From Eledone cirrhosa (Eukaryota), in assembly GCA_964016885.1 (NCBI GenBank), contig OZ024750.1:34100001-34164000 (forward strand): DNA of 64,000 nucleotides, read 5' to 3'. The translations under genes and the position numbers were made by a program. This document shows, one piece after another, positions 22,038 to 32,056 of this stretch (position 1 is its first letter; the number at the start of each line of letters is the position of its first letter). A model generated the notes under the pieces. That model saw only the letters and a list, made by a program, of their open reading frames with translations, searched no databases and was not told the DNA's origin.

Positions 22038-22256
22038 ATTGTGCGTGTGTGTTTGTGTGGATGTGTATATGTATATATAGATATGTATATATATGTGTGT
22101 GTGTGTGTGTATAATTTTTTATTACTATTGTTTTTTTTTTTGTGCAATGGTCATACTCGATAACGAGGGGGCAGCCATCATATATATATATACATGTGTG
22201 TGTATATGTGTATGCGTATATATATATGTGTGTGTGTGTGTGTGTATATATGTGTA
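22038..22256. repeat. Compound (TG)n/(TA)n microsatellites in and after the RTE 3' UTR
   Basis: Visible in the sequence. Confidence 0.85.
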
Positions 22257-22614
22257 TGAGGATTATTGCAAGTTGTAATGTCAGTGAAGAACTATTGAAT
22301 ATATGTGTGCAATGCTTACAACAAAGTTTCATATCTGAAATAAAAGCAATTAATTTGACATTGGATATCTGCTGTCTAAAATACAAACCATTTGATATAA
22401 TTTGATATCACTTTCACTGTGTATAAAATGGTGATACAGTGATTTAATCTATAACAAGGTAACTACATTCTAAAGTAAATTATTTCTAGTGAAGTCAGTG
22501 AGTTGGTGGAAATATTAAACAGAAGGAATGATTCATTTGAAAAGAAATTCCATTTTTACTTCTCGGTTTGTTTTTTTCCTGGAAAATATCACATATGGTA
22601 CAATTTGGCTTCAT

Positions 22615-22892
22615 AATTGTTCCAGTTTACTCAGCTGTAGAAATGAGATGATAGGACTGGGGTCCCTATCATTCCACTGCAAAGTGGTCATGGAGGTGCC
22701 ACGGTAAAAAAGCACCCAGCCCACACTGTAAATGAGGTTGGTGTTAGGAAGGGCATCCAGCTGTAGAAATCAAGCCAGAATTAGTTCCTATATGAGCAAG
22801 ACAAGGTCAGCCGACTGGACACTGCCCACAACAGGACAACCCGTCTAACCCATGCTAGTGTGGAAGAACGGACGTAAAAATAGTGATGATGA
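22615..22892 (+). mobile_element. Family-C SINE, 5'-truncated
   Basis: Highly similar to 23600-23935; ends in (GAT)n followed by (TA)n. Confidence 0.88.
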
Positions 22893-23004
22893 TTATATAT
22901 ATATATATATCCAGACATACCTTATACTATGGCCAACCAGCTCCCAAACTATGGTTCTGCTGTGACCAGGGTACAACACTGCCAACTGGCCTGTCCCTCT
23001 TCAT

Positions 23005-23190
23005 AATGGTGCCATCCAGTTCCACACTGTCATTGTGATTGGTGTTAGGAAGAGCATCCAGCTGTAAAAGTTCAGTCTGAGCAAGGTACTGTGCTGCCAA
23101 CTGGCCAGACCTGTCTCATGACACGGGCGACCTGTCTAACCCATGCAAACATTGAAAGTGGACGATAACGGTGATGATGACTTTGATGAC
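23005..23190 (+). mobile_element. Diverged family-C SINE 3' half
   Basis: GGTGTTAGGAAGAGCATCCAGCTGTAAAA...CTGTCTAACCCATGC..GGACGATAACGGTGATGATG. Confidence 0.75.
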
Positions 23191-23406
23191 ACCCTGGGTG
23201 TCACAGTGTCTATAATAGGTACACGGTACCCCCTTTATATCGTAAGTAGTGACTGAAGTGGTTGGCATCAAGGACATTCAGACATAAAACACCACCTCAG
23301 AAAGTTCTGTCCATTCCATGCTAACCAACCAATCAATCATGTTTCTGTAACTGATACAGCCAGTTAGATTCTATCATGCCATTTCAGCAGACCTTGGAAA
23401 TATTTG

Positions 23407-23459
23407 TTGTTCTTCACACAATACTATATATATATATATATATATAGTATTGTGTGAAG

Positions 23460-23464
<5 letters not shown>
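23407..23464. repeat. Perfect palindrome centred on a (TA)n tract
   Basis: TTGTTCTTCACACAATAC-(TA)n-GTATTGTGTGAAGAACAA, followed by another (TA)n. Confidence 0.92.
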
Positions 23465-23502
<38 letters not shown>

Positions 23503-23506
<4 letters not shown>

Positions 23507-23935
23507 GGCACATGGCTTAGTGGTTAGATAATTAAGGTTGTGAGTTCAATTCTCGGACCGAGTGATGTGGTGTTTCCTTGAGCAAGACACTTTATTTCAC
23601 ATTGCTCCAGTTTACTCAGCTGTAGAAATGAGATGATAGGACAGGGCTCCATATCATTCCACTGCAAAGTGGTCGCAGAGGTGCCATGGCAAAAAATCAC
23701 CCACCCTACACTGTAAAGTGGTCGTGGAGGCGCCACGGAAAAAAACAAAAAGCACCCAGCACTCACTGTAAATGAGGTTAGTGTTAGGAAGGGCATCCAG
23801 CTGTAGAAATCAAGCCAGAATCAGTTCCCGTATGAGCAATACAAGGTCAACCGACCGGACACTGTCCACAACAGGACAACCCGTCTAACCCATGCTAGCG
23901 TGGAAGAATGGACGTAAAACGATGATGATGATGGT
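23503..23935 (+). mobile_element. Near full-length family-C SINE: tRNA-like head, CORE-like domain, RTE-derived tail, (GAT)n
   Basis: A box TGGCTTAGTGG and B box GAGTTCAATTC. CCTTGAGCAAGACACTTTATTTCACATTGCTCCAGTTTACTCAGCTGTAGAAATG resembles the MIR/CORE domain (CCTTGGGCAAGT.ACTT...CAGTTTCCTCATCTGTAAAATG, recalled). Confidence 0.88.
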
Positions 23936-23966
23936 GATACTGTTCTATACATAACATTGGCCAGGC

Positions 23967-24194
23967 TTAACCCTTTAATGTTCAAACCGGCCAAAACCGG
24001 CCACAATTCTTTACCTCTTTCTGTTGAAACTGGCTGTAACTGGTCACTCATATTGATGTTAAGGTATTGTTCTCAAAATAAATACTTTCAAAATCTCATA
24101 GATTCGATATTATGTGAGATAATTATGTGAGGTTATGCCTTTACCATGAAAATATAACAGTATATATAGAGTAATGTGAATGCTAAAGGGTTAA
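23967..24194 (-). mobile_element. Complete piggyBac-type MITE (~220 bp)
   Basis: TTAA|CCCTTTA...CTAAAGGG|TTAA. A TTAA target with CCC...GGG termini is the piggyBac superfamily signature. Confidence 0.9.
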
Positions 24195-24295
24195 ATGTAA
24201 CCTCTATGTTGAAGATTGCTCATGAAGTTATTTCACACCAGAAGAGTGACACCAGAAAGTGACCTCCATGTATTATTTCATAATTTGGTGGTCCA

Positions 24296-24515
24296 CATCA
24301 TCATCATCATTTTTACGCCCACTTTTTCACGTTTTGCATAGGTTGGACGAGCCCTCAGCATGGCATCTTTCCACAAGTCGCAATACTTTGTCATTGCCTC
24401 TGTGTGTCTCAGTAATTTGAAGTCAGCTCTCACAACCTCTGCTCAGGTCTTTCTTGGTCTACCTCTACTGCAGCTTCCTTCCACTGGCATTTCCTGGCAC
24501 TTCTTCACCCAACGA
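24296..24515 (-). mobile_element. 3' end of an RTE LINE with an (ATG)n tail
   Basis: Minus frame reads WVKKCQEMPVEGSCSRGRPRKT*AEVVRADF..DLWKDAM (RTE G.R.RGRP.K.W motif). Same family as 57552-57995. Confidence 0.82.
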
Positions 24516-24584
24516 TACCCACCAGGGTATAAAACATTTAGATGTGTTATTTCATAGTTTAGCCCTAAAATTTGTGTTGTCTCC

Positions 24585-25014
24585 TTAACCCTTTAGTGTT
24601 TACATTACTCTATATATACTATATTGGGTGGTGGATTAGTAGTATCGGTAGATGGTCAGACGCCATGCTTTGACTTATCGAGTTACGGCCCTTGCTATTC
24701 TGAGTTCAAATCCCGCCGAGGTTAACTTTGCCTTTCATCCTAACGGGGTTGATAAAATAAAGTACCAGTAATACACTGGAATAATTGCTGGCCTTGTGCC
24801 AAAAGTAGAAACAATTATTGTATATATACTATGGTATTTTTGTAGTAAAGGCTTTGTCTCACATAGTTATCTCACATAATTCCACATCTATGAGATTTTG
24901 ATGTTATTTATTTTGAGAAAAATACCGTAACATCATAACGAGTGGCCAGTTGTGGCCAGAAAGAGGTGAGAAAATTCTGGCCAGATATGGCCGATTTAAA
25001 TGCTAAAGGGTTAA
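24585..25014 (+). mobile_element. Complete piggyBac-type MITE with a nested family-A SINE (~24626-24818)
   Basis: TTAA|CCCTTTAG...CTAAAGGG|TTAA. The SINE is flanked by TATATATACTAT (24611-24622, 24821-24832). Confidence 0.9.
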
Positions 25015-25450
25015 ATGTGTGTATAGTACAGTATTTGTTTATGTAAAGATACATTTATGAGACAAACACATACTAGTAATATTTTGAGGGTTGACTTCTT
25101 TTAACAACATATAATACCAATTTGAATAACATAATTACTTATTACCTATCATCTTCTTTACAAACTAGGATATCAATAGCAAGCTATATCATGCACCACC
25201 CCTGGCAAAATCTTTCCTTGAAGAACATTAGATGATAATAACCTGAACTTATATTATTTCCCTTTTAGACGACAATAGCTAATAAAGGGAATTTATATCT
25301 GAAGACTACCTTCCAATTTAGTCATTGTTCTCAGTCAGTGATTTTAAATGATATTTTCATAATTCTCTCTCCATATTGAAGGATTAAACTCAGTTTTCTG
25401 GCAGTCAGTTGCTAGACGATACTATCACTCAATATTATTATTGGTAGTAA

Positions 25451-25640
25451 AGGGCGGTGAATTGGCAGTATCGGTAGAGGGTCGGACATGCTTTCCAGCA
25501 TAGTTACGTCCCTTTACGATGTGAGTTCAAATCCGGCCGAGGTTAACTTTACCTTTCATCCTTACGGGGTTGATAAAATAAAGTACCAGTAATGTACTGG
25601 GTAATTTCTGGCCTTGTGCTTAAAATAGAAACAATTATTA
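25451..25640 (+). mobile_element. Family-A SINE
   Basis: Head, body and tail are conserved. ATTATTATTGGTA.TAAAG flanks both sides. Confidence 0.88.
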
Positions 25641-26069
25641 TTGGTAATAAAGCAGATGTGATATTCTTCGGAATGTTTTTTTTTTTTTTTTTACCTGGAA
25701 AAATTGGGAAAATTTCTTAAATATTGGGTTATAGTTAATTGATCTGTGAATATACATGGAGGAGAGGAAGAGAGAGATATCGATATCTTTAGGGATTGTG
25801 TGTGTGTAAGAGAGAGAGAGAGAGATGTCTTTATAGATTATCATGTATATATATATATATATATATATAGATTATCATGTATATATATATATATATAAAA
25901 AACATGAGAAGAAAGAAGAATACTGCGTGGTTTGCACATGGGTTACATATAATAAAAATAGTCCTACTTCAGTGATTTTCCAACCACCATTGGTATTTCA
26001 TCGCATTATGCTAAGTCTTGTTACTCTGGCATTTCACTTGTGTACTAATAAATCATCAGATATATATAT

Positions 26070-26222
26070 ATCATCATCATCATTTAACGTCTATCTACCA
26101 CGCTAGCATGGGTTTAGACGGAAGTTGTCCTACTTGAGGCAAGAATGGTCGGGTGACCATGTCTCGCTCATATAGGTTTTCTACGGCTGAATGCCTTTCC
26201 TAACACCAACCACGTTTACAGT
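26070..26222 (-). mobile_element. Family-C SINE 3' half between (TA)n tracts
   Basis: (TCA)n-TTTAACGTC..GCTAGCATGGGTTTAGACGG..TTTCTACGGCTGAATGCCTTTCCTAACACCAACCAC. Confidence 0.78.
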
Positions 26223-26324
26223 ATATATATATATATATATATATATAACGAAGGAAATGTGGTAAGGAACCAGGTGGACCATAACGCACCAAAGTACTCA
26301 ATACTTAGGGTAGTAGAGTGGGTA

Positions 26325-26452
26325 ATAGGAGCGAGTAGGACCCCGACGGCTGAGCTCAAGCTGTTTCGACGGCTAATTCTGGACTAAAATGATTTTAGTC
26401 CAGAATTAGCCGTCGAAACGGCTTGAGCTCAGCCGTCTAGGTCCTACTCGTT

Positions 26453-26457
<5 letters not shown>
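26325..26457. repeat. GC-rich palindrome (66-bp arms, 1-nt centre at 26391, 4 mismatches) within a (TA)n-flanked ~210-bp insert (26248-26457)
   Basis: ATAGGAGCGAGTAGGACCCCGACGGCTGAGCTCAAGCTGTTTCGACGGCTAATTCTGGACTAAAAT-G-ATTTTAGTCCAGAATTAGCCGTCGAAACGGCTTGAGCTCAGCCGTCTAGGTCCTACTCGTTCCTAT. Confidence 0.92.

Positions 26458-26549
<92 letters not shown>
26455..26549. repeat. (TA)n(TG)n microsatellite
   Basis: Visible in the sequence. Confidence 0.95.
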
Positions 26550-26787
26550 ATCACTGTATCATACAAAAACAAAACAAAACAAACAACCTGTAGTATTCAG
26601 ATATAACTCCAAACAAAGGGAGATTTTGCCATTCAGTAATTGGATGAAACATTTGAAAGTATTGCCCCAGTATCAGGGGCTTATTAAGGTCCAAGCTGAA
26701 ATGTTCTCCTGGGCCCTTCTGTATTATTTTTGGTAGTAAAAATATTAATTTTCAGCTAGTTGAATATTGCAGAGCCCCTGTCTAGAA

Positions 26788-27078
26788 ACCAGCCAATCAG
26801 TCCATGCCCCCTTAACCTACATACTGCTACAACCCAGCCAATCAGTCCATGCCCCTTAACCTACATACTGCTACAACCCAGCCAATCAGTCCATGCCCCC
26901 TTAACCTACATACTGCTACAACCCAGCCAATCAGTCCATGCCTCTTTAACCCACATACTGCTACAACCCAGCCAATCAGTCCATGCCCCTTTAACCCACA
27001 TACTGCTACAACCCAGCCAATCAGTCCATGCCCCTTTAACCTACATACTGCTACAACCCAGCCAATTAGTCCATACTG
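26788..27078. repeat. 45-bp minisatellite, ~6 copies (CAGCCAATCAGTCCATGCCCCTTTAACCTACATACTGCTACAACC)
   Basis: Visible in the sequence. It produces the 15-aa periodic ORFs. Confidence 0.93.
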
Positions 27079-27139
27079 CTTGGCATCTGATTAGCCCAAA
27101 GAAAGAAAAAGTAGTAAAAAATGTTAAATATATACATTA

Positions 27140-27540
27140 TTGTATACAAGCGGCCAAAATAGGGTTCCTCCGAAGGGTCTTTGGAGTAACGTTACTCAAT
27201 AAAGTGTGTAGCTCAAAGTTCAGAGAGTCACTTCAGGTAGAGCCCCCACTTCTCGGAATTGAGATATCACAGCTCTGATACTATGGGCATGTGGTTAGAA
27301 TGTCCGAAGAAAGAATCTCTGGACATATTTTACAGGCAAAACCAACTGACAGGAGACCCAGGGGTAGACCCGAAGCAAGCTGTTTGGATAACATCCATGA
27401 GTTCTGCTGGTCTTGCTTGGGGATCCAGTCAGATCAATTGGAGACAGTTGCATCTGACAGGACCTGCTGGAAGAAGTGTTTGAGGACACTTCCTCCATGA
27501 CCCCTATCAAGAATAAATGGGAGAAGAACAACAACAACAT
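27140..27540 (+). mobile_element. 5'-truncated RTE LINE 3' end (second RTE family)
   Basis: Reads IQAAKIGFLRRVFGVTLLNKVCSSKFRESLQVEPPLLGIEISQL*YYGHVVRMSEERISGHILQAKPTDRRPRGRP..DRTCWKKCL, followed by a (GAA/CAA)n tail. Confidence 0.88.
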
Positions 27541-27637
27541 AAAGATATACATTATTGTAGTTTTAAAAATATATTTAGTTGAATTCTCATTTTATTCAAG
27601 GTGAAAGAAAACTGAAAATAAAAAGAATAATAATAGT

Positions 27638-27821
27638 AATAATTGTTTCTACTTTTGGCACAAGGCCAGCAATTATCCCAGTGTATTACTGGTACTTTAT
27701 TTTATCGACCCCGTAAGGATGAAAGGCAAAGTTAACTTCGGCGGGATTTGAACTCAGAATGGCCAGGGCCGTAACTCTATGCATCAAAGCATGGTGTCCG
27801 ACCCTCTACCGATACTGCCAA
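27638..27821 (-). mobile_element. Family-A SINE
   Basis: Reverse complement of the consensus; AATAGTAATAAT on both sides. Confidence 0.9.
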
Positions 27822-28172
27822 TAGTAATAATATAGGCCAGATCAATAAATAAATATTGTCCTATCGATATTATTATTATTAATCCAGACACAATAGTTGC
27901 TTTATTTAACTGAACTGTGTTAATCTTATTCAGTTGAGCTTTCAAAATAGCAATCAATAGCAATCAAAATAAGATTGCATGTTGTTAACATTTCATGTAT
28001 TTTAGCTAACACTATCCTAATCTCTATTATTTAACCTGTAAAAATTAATACTTCTAGTTTTTTTTTTGCATTATCCCCCCCCCCCATTTTATTAATCCTG
28101 TATAGTTGAGAATTATCTATATATCTCTGATTTAACATTTCATTTTTAAATTATCTTTTGCCTGTTGTTTTG

Positions 28173-28432
28173 TTAACTCTTTAGTTACAAACCCAGTAGA
28201 ATTTAGTTACCAACCCATAGAACCAGCTCTGATTCTATGAAATAAAACCACATATTTAAAAAGGTTCCAATTTAAATAAATAAAAATATGTTTGAAGATT
28301 TTTAAGAACCTTATATTAAGTTAATATCTTAGTTATGAAATAATTAATAATTTTAGTAAATCTCTCAAAATTCTTCACTAATTACTTAAAATAGAATGTA
28401 GTTCATTTGAAATGCAGTCATTAAAGGGTTAA
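28173..28432. mobile_element. Possible second piggyBac-type MITE family
   Basis: TTAACTCTTTAGTTAC ... GTCATTAAAGGGTTAA imperfect termini. A related end, TTAACCTCTTCGTGACTGTATTT, lies at ~32579. Confidence 0.5.
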
Positions 28433-28804
28433 AGAAACAACTACACTAAACTGTTCTTTTTATTTCAATATATATATCAACTGTATTTCTATTCAATTTT
28501 GTTATTTATTATTAACTTGTAAAATGTGACAATCTGTAAAATTTTAATTTTGTATGGAACTTTTAGGTAGAAATAGGATTGTGAAAAAAAGTTATACGCA
28601 AATTGGCAATTTTTTTTTTTATCAGAAAGAAAGTTATTAAAAATCGCCAGCTTCCATATAATAATTGTTAGACTTGAATCTAATAGTTGTATTTATTTAT
28701 TTAAACGTCCGTATAGAGCTAGTAAGTCATGACAGATTAGAAGTATCTAGTAGTTCTTAGAGTTGAAAAACAAAATAAAAAGTAAAATTAAAAAGTAAAT
28801 AAGA

Positions 28805-28922
28805 TAAAAAATAAAAAATAAAAAATAAAAAATAAAAAATAAAAAATAAAAAATAAAAAATAAAAAATAAAAAATAAAAAATAAAAAATAAAAAATAAAA
28901 AATAAAAAATAAAAAAAATAAA
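28805..28922. repeat. (TAAAAAA)n heptamer microsatellite
   Basis: Visible in the sequence. Confidence 0.95.
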
Positions 28923-28927
28923 ATAGG

Positions 28928-29172
28928 GAAGACTTGTGGTTAGAATGTCTCAGGAAAGAATAGCTGGACAGATTTTATGGGTAAAACCAACTGGCAGGAG
29001 ACCCTGGAGTAGACCCTGAGCAAGATGGTTGGATAACATCCATGAACTTGGCTGGTCTCACTTGGGGATCCAGTTGGATCAGTTGGAGACAGTTACTTCT
29101 GACAGGACCCACTGGAAGGAGGGTTTGAGGACTCTGCCCTCATGACCCTCTCAGGAATAAGTGGGAGAAGAA
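28928..29172 (+). mobile_element. RTE LINE 3' fragment, same family as 27140-27540
   Basis: TGTGGTTAGAATGTC..GAAAGAAT..CTGGACA.ATTTTA..AAAACCAACTG.CAGGAGACCC.GG.GTAGACCC aligns with 27290-27530. Confidence 0.85.
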
Positions 29173-29264
29173 AATAAATATGGAAGGTCAGAGGGAGGCA
29201 AAATAAGAATAAAAGAAATTAAAAAAAAATTTGGAAAATCAATAAAATTTACGTAATGTTTCAA

Positions 29265-29510
29265 AATAATTGTTTCTACTTTTGGCACAAGGCCAGCAAA
29301 TTACCCCAGTGCATTACTGGTATTTTATTTTATCGACCCTTTAAGGATGAAAGGCAAAGTTAACCTCCACGGGATTTGAACTCGGAACATAAAGGGCCAT
29401 AACTCTATGCTGCAAAGCATGGTGTCTGATGCTCTAACAATACTGCCAAGTGATCTCAAACATGTAGGCTGTATGTGGTCCTTAAATTAGTAATTAGAAC
29501 AGGGATCACA
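29265..29510 (-). mobile_element. Family-A SINE with the shared 5' extension (see 20592)
   Basis: Reverse complement of 20592-20850. Part of the extension is duplicated at 29519-29541. Confidence 0.85.
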
Positions 29511-29708
29511 AACATGGGGGCTGTATGTGGTCCTTAAATTACTTCCCTATGGCCCACAGAAGAACAATTTCTGTGACTAATTAAGGAAAATTTGAAACAG
29601 AAAATTTGTCCCCTACATTTTGTACTAATTCCCATATCCCACTTACTAACATGTGTGTATTTATTTTGAGGAATAAAAGAAATAACTGCCTATTAACTGA
29701 GTTGTAGT

Positions 29709-30026
29709 CAGGGGTTCTCAACCTGGTCCATGTGGACCACTAGTGGTCCACAGGAAAATTCAGGTGGTCCACAGAAAACTTTCTGACATGCATTTGACTT
29801 AAAGCGCTGTTCTTATTCTTCACATAGGTACGACTTCAGCTGTTTATTTGCGTAGATTTTTAGGCACTGCGACATGATAATAACATTTTCTAATTCATTG
29901 AAAAAAACATCTACTGATGCTTATAAGTAGCAGTTCTATTACAAAAGATTTCAAAGTTTAGGTGGTCCACAGGAAAAAATTACTTATTTTGGTGGTCCAC
30001 AGCGAAAAAAAGGTTGAGAACCCCTG
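29709..30026. mobile_element. hAT (Charlie-like) MITE
   Basis: Terminal inverted repeats CAGGGGTTCTCAACCT / AGGTTGAGAACCCCTG, near-duplicated target TTGTAG(A)T, and repeated subterminal GTGGTCCAC motifs. Confidence 0.85.
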
Positions 30027-30049
30027 TTGTAGATGACTGTCATAATTGC

Positions 30050-30208
30050 TAGGTGGATTAGCAGTAAATGGTAGAGCACTGGACATGCTTTGTGGCATAT
30101 AGTTACAGCCCTTTACATTCTGAGTTTAAATCCTACCAAGGTTCGCTTTGCCTTTCATCCTTACTGGATCAATACAATAAAGTACCAGTAATGCACTGCA
30201 GAAACTAT
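30050..30208 (+). mobile_element. Family-A SINE (diverged)
   Basis: Body GCCTTTCATCCTTAC..AAAGTACCAGTAATGCACTG is retained. Confidence 0.8.
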
Positions 30209-30286
30209 TATTATTATTATTATCACTAGGTGATGAAGTGGTAGAAATAGTAGTATGTCAACTTAAATCATTTTAAAGTATTTAGT

Positions 30287-30681
30287 TTTATCCCTCTATA
30301 TATGGCTTGTGTTTGGCTTTCAGCCTTATTTATCCCTCTATATATGGCTTGTGTTTGCCTTTCAGTCTTATTTATCCCTCTATATATGGCTTGTGTTTGC
30401 CTTTCAGTCTTATTTATCCCTCTATATATGGCTTGTGTTTGCCTTTCAGTCTTATTTATCCCTCTATATATGGCTTGTGTTTGCCTTTGTCTTATTTATC
30501 CCTCTATATATGGCTTGTGTTTGCCTTTCAGTCTTATTTATCCCTCTATATATGGCTTGTGTTTGCCTTTCAGTCTTATTATCCCTCTTTATATGGCTTG
30601 TGTTTGGCTTTCATCCTTATTTATCCCTCTATATATGGCTTGTGTTTGCCTTACAGCCTTATTTATCCCTCTATATAGCTT
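30287..30681. repeat. 42-bp minisatellite, ~9 copies (TATATGGCTTGTGTTTGCCTTTCAGTCTTATTTATCCCTCTA), with further degenerate units at 30950-30970 and 31310-31416
   Basis: Visible in the sequence. It produces the 14-aa periodic ORFs. Confidence 0.93.
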
Positions 30682-30940
30682 GACAGTCGTTAAGACATCC
30701 GATAGAATGTTTATGGTATTTATCCCACCTCATTACGCGTTCTGAGTTCAAATCCTACCAGGGTCAACTTTGCCTTTCATCCTTTTGAGGTCGATAAAAT
30801 AAGTACCAGTCCAGTACTGGGGTCGATTCTTCCTCTATAGAAAAAATCAGCTGTGTTCAGACCTGGAGAGGGTTGGGCTCCACCAGGTTTAAAATGTGTC
30901 CTTGACACACCATATGACGGTGACTATGACTCCACAAGGA
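30682..30940 (+). mobile_element. Family-A SINE variant with the alternative long tail
   Basis: Body plus GATTCTTCCTCTAT..CTGTGTTCAGACCTGGAGAGG..TGGGCTCCACCAGGTTT, shared with 32180-32300. Confidence 0.78.
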
Positions 30941-30969
30941 GTTATGGGATCTTTATCCTTTATTATAGC

Positions 30970-31314
30970 TTGGATGGATGCTGCATGAGACTGTTGAGGA
31001 TGGCTCTGAACATTAATCAGTATACAATAAGGAAGAACTCAGAGCTGTATGTGAGCCTCCCAGAAATCAGCTCAAAAGTAACACAGAGGAGACTGAGGTT
31101 AGCAGGACATGCTCACTGACATTCAGAGTTGACACTGCACTCAGTGGTCCCCTACACTAGAAGAGGGAGACCGAGGTTGACTTATATTGATGCCCTAAGG
31201 ACAGACACTAGTCTCTGGGAGACACAGGACATGGCGGCAATGATGAAGGACAGAGACTGCTGGAGAGAACTCAACCATGGATCTCGGGGAATGTTACCCA
31301 CCCTAGATAGATAG
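30970..31314 (+). mobile_element. 5'-truncated RTE-like LINE 3' end (third family) with a (TAGA)n tail
   Basis: Reads LDGCCMRLLRMALNI..NSELYVSLPEISSKVTQRRLRLAGHAH*..RRGRPRLTYIDALRTDT..MMKDRDCWRE; ATAGCTTG on both sides. Confidence 0.82.
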
Positions 31315-32056
31315 CTTGTTTGCCTTTCAGACTTACTTGTCCTTCTATATATAGCTTGTTTACCTTTCAGCCTTATTTATCCCTCAGTTTATGGCTTGTA
31401 TTTGCCTGTCAGCCTTAAACAGGTTGGCAAGATAATTACGACACGTGTTCTGGACTTGATGTTAATGCAGCTAATGGTTAAGATATGTATGTGTAGAGAA
31501 CCAAAAATAGATATTTCAACATATATTATTTATGATTGAAAGAAGGCATAAATTCTTATTCATATGTGTGTGAAGTATTCGTGCTCTATTATACAGAGAA
31601 AATATTTACAGTGTTTAAGTAGCAAAATACTATAAGCGAAAAAAAAAATATATATATTTCGTGTATAATTTCACAAGCTAGATAATGTATTAGGTTACTA
31701 AAATGTAGGATATTTAATGTAGGGTATACACGAAAAGTATGTTGTCTAACTGATTCAATTATTACTAGTCCAGAGTTGTGCATAATTGAACAGTTCCTAA
31801 AAATATGTTTAAAATATGTTAAAATGTTGAGTGAATGACATAATTATGCTATGTAAATGATTGGTGGGAGATATTAGCATTATGGGAGTGTGGGGGGATG
31901 GAGGCATTTAATCTTAGTTTCATCAGACTGAAAATGAATTAATGAGTCTAATAATGTAATGGAATGAGTTAGATGCTTAATAAATATGAGAAACATTTGG
32001 ACTAGAACAATAGAAAACTAGTTGAAGATAATTTATTCAGGATTATATTTCAAGTA

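Noticed and set aside
26325-26457. Hammerhead ribozyme or miRNA in the GC-rich palindrome
   Set aside because: GAAAC is present but there is no CUGAnGA core. The near-perfect 66-bp stem with a 1-nt centre looks like a DNA fold-back rather than a miRNA precursor.
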